Part shown: one piece after another, positions 47,473 to 56,144 of the stretch | Layout: each line of letters starts with the position of its first letter | Position numbering within the stretch: position 1 is the first letter of the stretch | Source: a virus | Taxonomy: Duplodnaviria > Caudoviricetes | DNA length: 61,890 bases | Strand: one strand, 5' to 3' | IMG/VR virus record: IMGVR_UViG_3300043621_000039 | Span: 1 to 61,890 of that record | The notes under the pieces: generated by a model | What the model was told of the DNA's origin: nothing | Database searches by the model: none | Seen by the model: only the letters and a program-made list of their open reading frames with translations | Made by a program: the position numbers and the translations under genes

Positions 47473-48624
47473 ATGACGGACCACCTGGGATTCACCAAGG
47501 ACGACGGCACTGAGGTCACCGCCGAGCAGCAGCGGACGATGGCCGAGAAAATCGGAAAGCTGGTGGCGATGAGCGAGGATGAGTCGCTCCCGGCTGCGGC
47601 CCGCGCCAGCTACGCCGAGAAGGCAGAGCACCTGATGCGGGAGTACCGGGTCAACGAGGAACGGGTCATCAGCACCGCAGGATCCTCCATCTTCCCGGCT
47701 GCCTTCGAGATCGTGCTGATCTACGGGAACGGTCGCTGGTACCAGAGTGAGTTCCAGGATAGCTATACCCGGATCTGGCGCGAGGTCGCCAACCACGCCG
47801 GTCTCAAGTCGCACGTCCAGTACCAGTACGACGACGAGCAGGACACGCGGTCCGTGGTGGCGGTTGGGTTTGGGTATGAGATGGACATCCGGCTGGCCCA
47901 GTTCCTCTGGACCTCCGCTCACCTCACCTTCGCGACGCGGATCGACGCCAAGGTGGACCCCAACCTCTCGGACCAGTTGAACTGCTACTTCATGCGGGGG
48001 AGCGGCATGGAGCGGAACGATATCGCCAACGCGCTCTGGAGTTCGGCGTATACCGATGGCGCGGCGCACGGCAAGGTGCAGAAGCTTTACCTGGCGGAGT
48101 GCGTGGCGCGCGGCGAGACTCCCTCCGTTGGGGGCAAGGGCTTTCAGGCCAAGCGCTACCGCAAGGCGTATGCGGAAGGCTTCGGTGACCAGTTCGGATG
48201 GCGCCTGCGGGACGCTCGCAGCGCGGTAGATGCCAAGTCTGGCGGTCTGGTTCTGGCCGGACGCGAAGAGCGCGTGGCGGAGGCCTATTACGAGGCGTAC
48301 CCCAAGCGCCGTCCGATGAACGAGGAGCAGATGGCTGCGCAGCAGGCGGAGTCGGATGCTTACTGGGCCGCCAGGGATGAGGAGGAGCGGAAGTGCCGGG
48401 AGTCCGGCAAGTGCTCCAAGACCAAGAATGGCTGTCGCACGCATCGGGCGGTCGAGGTCACGGTGGCGCAGCGCGCTCGGTGGGACCGGGAGTGCAAGGC
48501 ACCGGAGCGTACGGCCGGACGACGCGCAGGAGCTGCGGCTGCGAGCGCCGTGGAGTTCCGGCGTACCGCAGGAGAGCGCGCGCAGCACGCAGAGGCTGCG
48601 CCGAGCCGGGTGCAGATCGGCTGA
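47473..48624 (+). CDS. DUF2786-like protein
   Basis: EKIGKLVAMSE...AEKAEHLMREY. Confidence 0.7.
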   Translation: MTDHLGFTKDDGTEVTAEQQRTMAEKIGKLVAMSEDESLPAAARASYAEKAEHLMREYRVNEERVISTAGSSIFPAAFEIVLIYGNGRWYQSEFQDSYTRIWREVANHAGLKSHVQYQYDDEQDTRSVVAVGFGYEMDIRLAQFLWTSAHLTFATRIDAKVDPNLSDQLNCYFMRGSGMERNDIANALWSSAYTDGAAHGKVQKLYLAECVARGETPSVGGKGFQAKRYRKAYAEGFGDQFGWRLRDARSAVDAKSGGLVLAGREERVAEAYYEAYPKRRPMNEEQMAAQQAESDAYWAARDEEERKCRESGKCSKTKNGCRTHRAVEVTVAQRARWDRECKAPERTAGRRAGAAAASAVEFRRTAGERAQHAEAAPSRVQIG

Positions 48625-48711
48625 ACGAGAGCGGGGGTGGACCCGGACGGACCGAGATTCCCCCGGGCCCACCCCGCACCACATCTAACCCGTCTAGCTC
48701 CAAGGAGAGCC

Positions 48712-49098
48712 ATGGAAGAGCGCATCACCAAGGGCGACGTAGAGACTGCCGCACAGCGGCTTAACGTGGCGGCAGAGGCGCTGGGGCTCCAGCGTCGATT
48801 CAGGGTCTACTTCGGATCGGCCGGGAACGGGATCCCGCACCGGCTGGAAGAGACGCACCCCGAACTCTCGCACCCCATCTCAACGCCGATCGGCGGCAGC
48901 TACCGTGACGCGGAGCGGTACCTGCGAGCGATGCTGCACGCTCTGGAGTCTGCGAAGCATGATCGCGACTACCGGCGCGAGGCCACGCTGGGCGCACCGG
49001 TGAATTCGTTGCTGCCGATCCTCCCGACTGCGGAGGGGGTGCGGAACGTCTCAGCGGCGGAAGCGGTTGCGATGATCCGGCCTCATCCTTTTGGATGA
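48712..49098 (+). CDS. Hypothetical protein
   Basis: AAGGAG RBS. Confidence 0.65.
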   Translation: MEERITKGDVETAAQRLNVAAEALGLQRRFRVYFGSAGNGIPHRLEETHPELSHPISTPIGGSYRDAERYLRAMLHALESAKHDRDYRREATLGAPVNSLLPILPTAEGVRNVSAAEAVAMIRPHPFG

Positions 49099-49149
49099 TC
49101 TTTCGCTCCGGTGTCCATAAATTTAATTTCAGGATGCCGGAGCGTTTGG

Positions 49150-49183
49150 CCTGGTAGACGCCAATCCATACGAACCTGGTTCC
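49150..49183. promoter_or_regulatory. 34-bp repeat, copy 2, partly overlapping an inverted repeat CAATCCATAC...GTATGGATTG
   Basis: Direct comparison with 46390-46423. Confidence 0.7.
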
Positions 49184-49290
49184 AGGTATGGATTGAAAGA
49201 TCTTGGATTTTGATGGGGAAAACTCGCCAAGTTGGAGTAGATTCATTGGCGAAGGGCCGAGAGAGCGGCCCACCGCCGAAGGGACCAGCC

Positions 49291-50022
49291 ATGATCGACC
49301 TCACCGCTACCGACCTAACCACCAAGACCGCTGTTGAGCTTCGCTCGATCGGATCGCAGGCCGGAGTCAAGGGTGCCGCGAAGGCCCGCAAGTCCGATCT
49401 GCTGGCAGCGCTTCTTCCGATCCAGGACGAGCAGCGCGCCGCGAAGCAGCCCAAGATCGAGGTCGCCAAGCGCTCCAACCTGTGCGGCGTCTGCGGCAAG
49501 CGCCGGATCGGCACGACCGGCCAGGACCCCAAGAGCGCCAAGCTAGCGGACCTCTGCGGGCTGTGCTTCGATGAGGGCGGCTGGGAGAACTCCCACAGCG
49601 ACTCCAACCATGACGGCATCCTGTCCACGCCTGAGGCGGACCGGACGCCGGAGCAGCTGGCGGAGATCGACGGTTGCTGGATCTGCTTCCCGCAGCTGAA
49701 CCTGGCGCAGGCGGAGCCCACCGGCCGCAGTCGGGCCGGAATGGTCATCCTGGCGAAGGGCGACGAGACCCACAAGTCGCAGACCTTCAAGGCGCACGCG
49801 GAGGCGGCTGGCTGGAAGGTCTCGATCCTGGGCTCCGTCGTCAGCGATGAGGATGGCGAAGAGATCGAGCGCTACGTCGCCACCGCGAAGCGGGGCAAGG
49901 ACCGGATGACGATGGCGTGGGACGGCCGAGCGTATGACTACGCGGGCAGCTCCGCTTTCCTGAACGGCAAGTCCCGCAAGGTCCGGAACCTCAAGGAGGC
50001 CACGCGGCTCTTGGTGGCCTAG
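49291..50022 (+). CDS. Hypothetical protein with a Rho N-terminal-like motif and CxxC pairs
   Basis: KTAVELRSIG...RKSDLL; CGVC, CGLC, CWIC. Confidence 0.7.
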   Translation: MIDLTATDLTTKTAVELRSIGSQAGVKGAAKARKSDLLAALLPIQDEQRAAKQPKIEVAKRSNLCGVCGKRRIGTTGQDPKSAKLADLCGLCFDEGGWENSHSDSNHDGILSTPEADRTPEQLAEIDGCWICFPQLNLAQAEPTGRSRAGMVILAKGDETHKSQTFKAHAEAAGWKVSILGSVVSDEDGEEIERYVATAKRGKDRMTMAWDGRAYDYAGSSAFLNGKSRKVRNLKEATRLLVA

Positions 50023-50030
50023 TACGGAAC

Positions 50031-50056
50031 GAGGGAGCCGGGCAACCGGCTCCCTC
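50031..50056 (+). terminator. Perfect GCAA-tetraloop hairpin
   Basis: GAGGGAGCCGG-GCAA-CCGGCTCCCTC. Confidence 0.65.
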
Positions 50057-50100
50057 GCACTGGGGTATACTGCCGGTAAGACCAATCGAAGGGACCAGCC

Positions 50101-50400
50101 ATGAACTTCCAGACCTCCCACACCAAGTCCAACGCCGTACTCATCGCCCAGGCAATCTCAGGGAATCTGGAGGATGAGTTCGGCTCCGTCTACCTCACCG
50201 AGAACGAGGATGACGACTCACACCTCAAGGCGGTTGGCGCCGAGCTATCGCACGGTACGGCCGGAACGGAGAGCTTCGAGGTTCTGGCGTCGGACGGTCA
50301 GGTATACCGCGTCTGCGTAGTGCCGATCCCCACCGAGCGTTCCTCGGAGTTCACTGAGAAGGCCCAGGCAGAACTCTTCCGGCCGGTGCCGGCATGCTGA
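50101..50400 (+). CDS. Hypothetical protein
   Basis: Leader motif precedes the ATG. Confidence 0.7.
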   Translation: MNFQTSHTKSNAVLIAQAISGNLEDEFGSVYLTENEDDDSHLKAVGAELSHGTAGTESFEVLASDGQVYRVCVVPIPTERSSEFTEKAQAELFRPVPAC

Positions 50401-50566
50401 AGCCGGTCGAGCAGATGACGGTCGCGGAGCTGGATGAAGAGATCGCATACCGCGAGCGCGCCGGGAAGACTGCTGGGCTACGGTACCGGCGACTCAGGGT
50501 CGCACGAGGCGTCAAGTAAAACCCCACCTATTTAGTTCGTAGGAATTGACCGAAGGGACCAAGATC

Positions 50567-51370
50567 GTGACCACCAACGTACCCAAGGGCGCGAACCGCG
50601 CGAGCGCCGCAGCCCGGACCCGCAAGCATGCCCAGCGCACCCTGCTGCCGCCCAAGCCGGGCGTAGTCGCGGAGGCTCGGGAAGCCATCGCAGAGGCGGC
50701 TGCTAGCGCCCCTAGCTCCAACGCAGAGGCTCTGGATGACCGGAGCGTGGGGAAGGCCAGGGCCTTCGCTGCGAAGGCCGGAGAATTGGGTTGGAGCGTG
50801 CTGAAGGAGGTCCGGGGCGGAGCCGCAGAGGTTACCGTGACGCGCGGCTCCGAGACGGTCGTGCAGGCGTGGAGGGGTGGGGTCTGGCAGTATGACGCGT
50901 CGATCTATGCCTACGGTGACCGGACCACCAAGCCTCGCAATGCGTCCGGCGCGATCAAGCTGCTGGGTCGCTCTGAGGTGGCCGCGAGCGCGGAGGCCTC
51001 CAAGGTCCAGACCAACCGGCACTTCCGCAAGGCGGAGCCCAAGGATATCCAGCAGACCCTGGAGAAGGCTCAGCGAGCGCTCCCGTTCGATCCTGAACTG
51101 GCGACCGATGAGGAGATCAGCGGGATCCTTGCGGGGCAGGCGCTGGTGTGGTATAACCGGATCGGCCGCAGCAATGACTCGGCGATCGTGGGCCGCTCCG
51201 GTGTCCGCATCACGTACCTGCCGGATGGCCAGCGGGTCGCCAACTTCTGCTGCCCGGTGACGGGGTTCCGCTCTTGCCTGGTGACGGCGATCCTCAAGGT
51301 AGGTCGTGGCCGGTCTCTTGTCACCAAGGGCAGCCCCACCGAAGGCTCGGCGCTGGTGGAGGTCTCCTGA
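50567..51370 (+). CDS. Hypothetical protein
   Basis: Leader motif precedes the GTG. Confidence 0.7.
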   Translation: MTTNVPKGANRASAAARTRKHAQRTLLPPKPGVVAEAREAIAEAAASAPSSNAEALDDRSVGKARAFAAKAGELGWSVLKEVRGGAAEVTVTRGSETVVQAWRGGVWQYDASIYAYGDRTTKPRNASGAIKLLGRSEVAASAEASKVQTNRHFRKAEPKDIQQTLEKAQRALPFDPELATDEEISGILAGQALVWYNRIGRSNDSAIVGRSGVRITYLPDGQRVANFCCPVTGFRSCLVTAILKVGRGRSLVTKGSPTEGSALVEVS

Positions 51371-51618
51371 TGCTCAGCCACGACCTCGCGCAAGCGCTGC
51401 TCGCCAGGCGCAACAACGATATCCAGTTCGTCGTGGAGGTGGCTGAGGAGGGCCACGATGACGGAGACTTCCACACCACCGAGATGAATGATGACCGGGA
51501 ACGGGTCCGTTCTGGCGGAACGGACCTGGACGTCATCGGCTATGACGCGGAGAACGATTTCATCATCATCAAGCTAGGCACCATTTTCCTGGGGGATCCA
51601 GACGCTCCCGCCAAGTAG
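51370..51618 (+). CDS. Acidic hypothetical protein
   Basis: TGATG coupling. Confidence 0.6.
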   Translation: MLSHDLAQALLARRNNDIQFVVEVAEEGHDDGDFHTTEMNDDRERVRSGGTDLDVIGYDAENDFIIIKLGTIFLGDPDAPAK

Positions 51619-51628
51619 AATTCCCTCC

Positions 51629-52084
51629 ATGAGCGGTGAGACCCAAGCCCAGGAGTCCGGCTGGACCATTGACACGTTGAAGGCGCTCGTGGATGAACGC
51701 GAGCGCCATCAGCGTGAGTTGTCGGCGGAACGCGACCGGCGGTATGCTGAGGTGGCTGAGGAGCGCGAAAAGGCGCTCAAGATCAAGGAGGAGGCGGACA
51801 AGGCCGCTCTTACCCTGCAACGGATTGACCAGACCTATAAGGATGAGCAGGGCAACAAGCTGCGCGAGCAGATCAACTCCGAGCGCAACACCTATGTCAC
51901 CGGGGACCAGCTAGCGGCTGCGGTCCGAGAGATGACTGGGAAGATCCAGCCTCTCACAGACTTCGTCTCTGGACAGAATAGCGTCAAGGCGAGTAACCAG
52001 GACGGACGATCCACAATCGTGATATTGATCTCTATTGCGGTTGCAGTGATTAGTCTGGTGGCCCTTATCCTGAGCCAGAGTTAA
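51629..52084 (+). CDS. Coiled-coil protein with a C-terminal TM anchor
   Basis: E/R/K-rich helix and hydrophobic tail. Confidence 0.65.
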   Translation: MSGETQAQESGWTIDTLKALVDERERHQRELSAERDRRYAEVAEEREKALKIKEEADKAALTLQRIDQTYKDEQGNKLREQINSERNTYVTGDQLAAAVREMTGKIQPLTDFVSGQNSVKASNQDGRSTIVILISIAVAVISLVALILSQS

Positions 52085-52185
52085 AATAGTTGGGGATTCA
52101 AGTAGCCATTCCGGCAACTAATGGCGTAGACTGGTGTCCAGAGGGGAAAGCGTGAGAGACTCTCCCCCAACCGAAGGGACCAGAA

Positions 52186-52629
52186 ATGACCCCCACCGCT
52201 CGCAAGGCCCGGAACGGCCGGATTGCCGCCCTCACCGTTTTCGGTGCTGGTTCGCTGGCTTCGCTGGCCGCCAACCTGATGGCCTCCAACCACACCCCGG
52301 TCGGAATGGTCGTTGGCGCTTTCCCGGCGCTGATGCTGCTGGGCTCGCTTTACCTGCTGGAGAACTCCACGACCCACCCCCGCTGGGTCCGCTGGGCGAT
52401 TGCGCCGGTGATCCTGATCGCCGCGTGGATGAGCTACTGGCACGTGGTCGAGGTCGTGCTGAGCGCGGGCGAGGGTGCCCTCACCGCCCACCTCTTCCCG
52501 TTCATCATCGACCTCCCGATGGCCATCGCATCGGCCGCGCTCCGACCGGCTCCGGTGAAGCGTCCGGCACGTCGTCGTCCGGCTGCGAAGCGGGCCAGTG
52601 CTCCGGCCAAGCTCAAGATCGCCAACTGA
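52186..52629 (+). CDS. DUF2637-like multi-pass membrane protein
   Basis: SLAAN, AAWMSYWH, FPFIID. Confidence 0.65.
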   Translation: MTPTARKARNGRIAALTVFGAGSLASLAANLMASNHTPVGMVVGAFPALMLLGSLYLLENSTTHPRWVRWAIAPVILIAAWMSYWHVVEVVLSAGEGALTAHLFPFIIDLPMAIASAALRPAPVKRPARRRPAAKRASAPAKLKIAN

Positions 52630-52641
52630 GAGATCGACCGG

Positions 52642-52669
52642 TGGGACCTCCCAGCCAGGGGAGGTCCCA
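52642..52669 (+). terminator. Stem-loop
   Basis: TGGGACCTCCC/GGGAGGTCCCA. Confidence 0.6.
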
Positions 52670-52723
52670 TTAGCGTATAGTCACCATTGGCCGAGAGAGC
52701 GGCCCCAACCGAAGGGACTGGAA

Positions 52724-52915
52724 ATGAGCCCGGACCGAAAGCGTCGGCACCGCATCCGGCGCGGATATATGAACCAGCCCGCTGAAGGCCACTACGCGGA
52801 CTGCGTTCCGTGCGGTCACACCGGAGGTCTCTTCAAGACCCGGGACCAGGCTACGTCCCAATACGAGGAGCACAAGCGGACCGGTAAGTCGCTGCGGGAC
52901 GGGGAGTGGAAATGA
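52724..52915 (+). CDS. Small zinc-finger-like protein
   Basis: CVPC...H; leader motif upstream. Confidence 0.55.
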   Translation: MSPDRKRRHRIRRGYMNQPAEGHYADCVPCGHTGGLFKTRDQATSQYEEHKRTGKSLRDGEWK

Positions 52916-54861
52916 CGGTCCGGGTGGAGCGCGGAGGGAACCGCATCCTGCTTGCTAGCGAGGGGCCCACACCAGGCCTCTCCTCCTCCATTCCTGGCGC
53001 GTACTTCCGGAAGGATAAGCTTTGGAGCCTTCCGTTGGATCTCAGCACCTGCTTCCTGCTCCGCGAGCGGTTCGGATCCCGACTGGTGATCGGTCCGCTT
53101 CTGACCTCGTGGGCCAAGGCCGAGAAGGCTAAGCGCGCCAGCCTTGAGTCCACGGCCGGGGCTGCCGATGCGGATCTGCGGGTACTCCCTCAGGTGGCTC
53201 CCCGCCTCCACGCAGCCATGGGTACGCGGACCTATCAGCGCGCCGCAGCACGGTTCATCGCTGACGCGCTCGGGCGTGACGGCCGGAGGCGTGCCCTGGT
53301 GGCGGACACGGTCGGCCTGGGCAAGACCGCTGAGGCCATGGCTGGGATCCTGGAGTCCGGCGTCCCAGGTCCGTACCTGGTGGTCTGCCCGATGGGCGCG
53401 GTGGAGCTGACCTGGCGACCGGAGATCACCCGCTGGCTTGGCCCGGACGCGGAGGTCATCACGCTCCCGGTCGGGAAGGCCAAACGGGATGAAGTGCTCC
53501 GCGAGCTGAGTGTGCAGGAACCGGCTTCGCTCCAACGTACGTGGGTTATCGTGCATCCGGCCATCGTCCGTACCCAGACGTGGTGGATCTGCGCTCTCTG
53601 TGGCGATCAGACCAAGTACACGGTTCGGCCTACGGCTGAGTTGGACTGCGGCCACGAGAAGGATCGTGGAACCAAGGTCAAGCACGAGCACTCGTTCCCC
53701 CATCTTTTCGGGATGGAGTGGGGCGCACTCGTCGCGGATGAGTCGGACCAGATCCTGATCCGCAAGACCGGTACGCCGAACCTGCAGCGACGCGGTATGG
53801 AGATGCTGCGAGATCTGGTGCGGCTTGATGGGATCCGGCTGGCGATGAGCGGTACGCCGTTCCGCTCCAAGCCGCATCAGATCTGGAGCACGCTCAACTG
53901 GCTCGATCCGGTCGAGTGGGGCGGCAAGTGGCGCTTCATCCAGAAGTACTGGAACACCGGAGGCTACTCCGGTTATGAGATCATCAAGGATGGCTTCATT
54001 GAGGAGCGCGAGCCGATGATGCTTGATGAGCTGCGGTCTGTGATGATCCGGCGGACCCGTGAAGAGGTCCGGGCAGACCTGCCTGAAAAGCTCTATCCCT
54101 CCAATGTCGATCCGGAGACCTCCGGTCTGACCGCAGGTATCTACCTGCCGATGAACGCCAAGCAGCGCAAGGCCTATGACTCCATCGTCAAGGATGGCGA
54201 GGCAACCATCGACGGCGGAACCCTTAGCCCGCTTGGGGTCCTGGCTGAGATGACCCGAATGAAGCAGTTTGCCAGTGCCGAAGGTATCCTGGTGAACGGG
54301 GAGTTCCAGCCGATCGCTGCCGGCAACAAGTATGACTGGATCCTGGAGTTCTTGGAGCAGCTGGGGTTCCCGGATCGCCCGGCAACTAAGCTGGTGATTG
54401 CTAGCCAGTTCACCAAGCTACTTAACGTTTTCCGTGACGGGGTTGGTAAGGCGTTCAACCACTATATCCAGCAGGGATCAATCACCGGCGAGCAGACCGG
54501 GTTGGCCCGTAAGAAGTTGGTTGACAGGTTTGAAGATGTGGACTCCGATCTCTCGTTGCTGTGGATCAACACCAAGGCCGGAGGCTCCGCCATCACGCTG
54601 GACGCTGCCGACTCGATGGTGGTGATCGATGAGACCTATGTGGATGACGAGCAGCAGCAGCTTGAGGGGCGGATCGATAACCGCAACCCAGAGCGGAAGA
54701 TCGTTCCCAGGTCCTACTACTACCTGCGGTCCAGCGACTCGATCGAAGAGCTGATTGCAGTCCAGAACGCACAAGCGAAGGCTCGCGGGCAGCGGATGCT
54801 AGACGGAGCCTCCATCGCCAAGCTGGCCCGCGAAGGAAAGTTGCAGAAGGGCAAGCGATGA
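52912..54861 (+). CDS. SNF2-family helicase
   Basis: ADTVGLGKT, VADESD, SGTP, MIRRTR, AGGSAITL, QLEGRIDNR. Confidence 0.9.
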   Translation: MTVRVERGGNRILLASEGPTPGLSSSIPGAYFRKDKLWSLPLDLSTCFLLRERFGSRLVIGPLLTSWAKAEKAKRASLESTAGAADADLRVLPQVAPRLHAAMGTRTYQRAAARFIADALGRDGRRRALVADTVGLGKTAEAMAGILESGVPGPYLVVCPMGAVELTWRPEITRWLGPDAEVITLPVGKAKRDEVLRELSVQEPASLQRTWVIVHPAIVRTQTWWICALCGDQTKYTVRPTAELDCGHEKDRGTKVKHEHSFPHLFGMEWGALVADESDQILIRKTGTPNLQRRGMEMLRDLVRLDGIRLAMSGTPFRSKPHQIWSTLNWLDPVEWGGKWRFIQKYWNTGGYSGYEIIKDGFIEEREPMMLDELRSVMIRRTREEVRADLPEKLYPSNVDPETSGLTAGIYLPMNAKQRKAYDSIVKDGEATIDGGTLSPLGVLAEMTRMKQFASAEGILVNGEFQPIAAGNKYDWILEFLEQLGFPDRPATKLVIASQFTKLLNVFRDGVGKAFNHYIQQGSITGEQTGLARKKLVDRFEDVDSDLSLLWINTKAGGSAITLDAADSMVVIDETYVDDEQQQLEGRIDNRNPERKIVPRSYYYLRSSDSIEELIAVQNAQAKARGQRMLDGASIAKLAREGKLQKGKR

Positions 54862-55093
54862 TTGTGTTGGTACTTCTGGGGATCACGGCCTGGTTCAGCT
54901 TCGAGATTGGTCGACGTTGGGAGGTCGGTGAACGCGAGGAGCAGTTGGAAAGGCTGGAGGAGCAGAAGGAGCGGCGTGGCCGTCGTGGCACAGTCCGATT
55001 GAGGCCATTGCGTATCAGAAGGTGACAGCGGCAGTTCTCTGGCGCGTAGTAAGGTAACCGAGTACCCAATCCAGGCGAGTGAGGGAAGACGCA

Positions 55094-55642
55094 ATGACTG
55101 CACCGGCTGAGGAATACGAAGAGATGGACTACACGTACGTGCTCGGTAAGGAGGCGACTCCGCTGCAGGCACGGATGGCGGATTGGCTGCGCTCGGAGGA
55201 GGTCGGTTACGACCCCAACGCCGCGAAGTCCAAGCTGGACGCCTTCAACGAGGGCGTGCGGCTCGCCGTGGCGCACCGGATGAACTACCAGTCGTCCACG
55301 CACAACCGCGAGGCCACCGAGATCGAGCGGACCGAGCGTGCGGCGGAGCGCGCGAAGCAGGCCGCCGAGCGGGAGCAGGCCAAGGCCCAGCGCGAAGCTG
55401 CGAAGCAGAACGCCGCCAATGCCAAGGCCGCTGCGGCTGCCACGGCTCCGGTCGAGGAGGCTGCCCCGGCGGCACCGGCTGCCAAGCCCGTCAAGCGTGG
55501 CCGTGCGGCAGCCAAGCCCGCTCCGGCTCCGGCGGCTGCGGCTCCGGCTCCGGCCCCTGCGGGGCGCCCGGCAGCGCGGCGCGCTCCGGCTCGGCGTGCG
55601 GCTCCGGCGGCTGCTGCGACCGCTGGCGAGGCACCGTTCTGA
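55094..55642 (+). CDS. Hypothetical protein with an A/P/R/K-rich histone-like tail
   Basis: Low-complexity PAARRAPA repeats; ends in APF. Confidence 0.7.
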   Translation: MTAPAEEYEEMDYTYVLGKEATPLQARMADWLRSEEVGYDPNAAKSKLDAFNEGVRLAVAHRMNYQSSTHNREATEIERTERAAERAKQAAEREQAKAQREAAKQNAANAKAAAAATAPVEEAAPAAPAAKPVKRGRAAAKPAPAPAAAAPAPAPAGRPAARRAPARRAAPAAAATAGEAPF

Positions 55643-55678
55643 TCTGACCCCTGGTCGCCGGGAACGGCGGCCAGGTTC

Positions 55679-55779
55679 GGGGAGGTAGCTCAACGGAGAG
55701 AGCACCGACCGGCGGTGTGGGAGCTGGCGCCCTAGACCGCATGGGTTGGAGGGTTGGGGTTCGAATCCCCACCTCCCCA
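55679..55779 (+). ncRNA. tRNA-like element with an extended anticodon arm
   Basis: GGGGAGG/CCTCCCC acceptor; TA-GCTC-AACGGAGA-GAGC D arm; TGGGG-TTCGAAT-CCCCA T arm; ~46-nt anticodon arm. Confidence 0.8.
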
Positions 55780-55810
55780 CTTCGTAGGAATTGCTCCGAA
55801 GGGACCGAAT

Positions 55811-56059
55811 ATGCACCGCCACGCCGAACCGCTACCACTCCTCACCGCCCTACCGCATATCGGGCCGTTGGAGGAGTTCTACATCACCCTGCCCGAACTC
55901 CCGGCGCACGAGGTGGTGTTGCAGCACGTTAGCTCCAACGCTCCCCAGCGAACCGACCCGCGTTGGGCCCGAGCGGTGGCCATACTCGGCGGACTGCTCC
56001 TGATTGGAGCAGGGGTGTTCCTCGCGGCGATCGGCGCGTGGATGGAGTTCAGGCTATGA
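55811..56059 (+). CDS. Small membrane protein
   Basis: Leader motif; C-terminal TM helix. Confidence 0.6.
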   Translation: MHRHAEPLPLLTALPHIGPLEEFYITLPELPAHEVVLQHVSSNAPQRTDPRWARAVAILGGLLLIGAGVFLAAIGAWMEFRL

Positions 56060-56144
56060 GCGCGGTGCTGAACTTCCTGGGAATCGTCTTGTTGGGGATC
56101 TCCCTGACTGTGGGCGTCATCGCCATCATCCGTGCGGTGCTGAA

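Noticed and set aside
55679-55779. Canonical tRNA, tmRNA or attP site
   Set aside because: No 7-nt anticodon loop with U33, no tag reading frame, and no integrase in the genome
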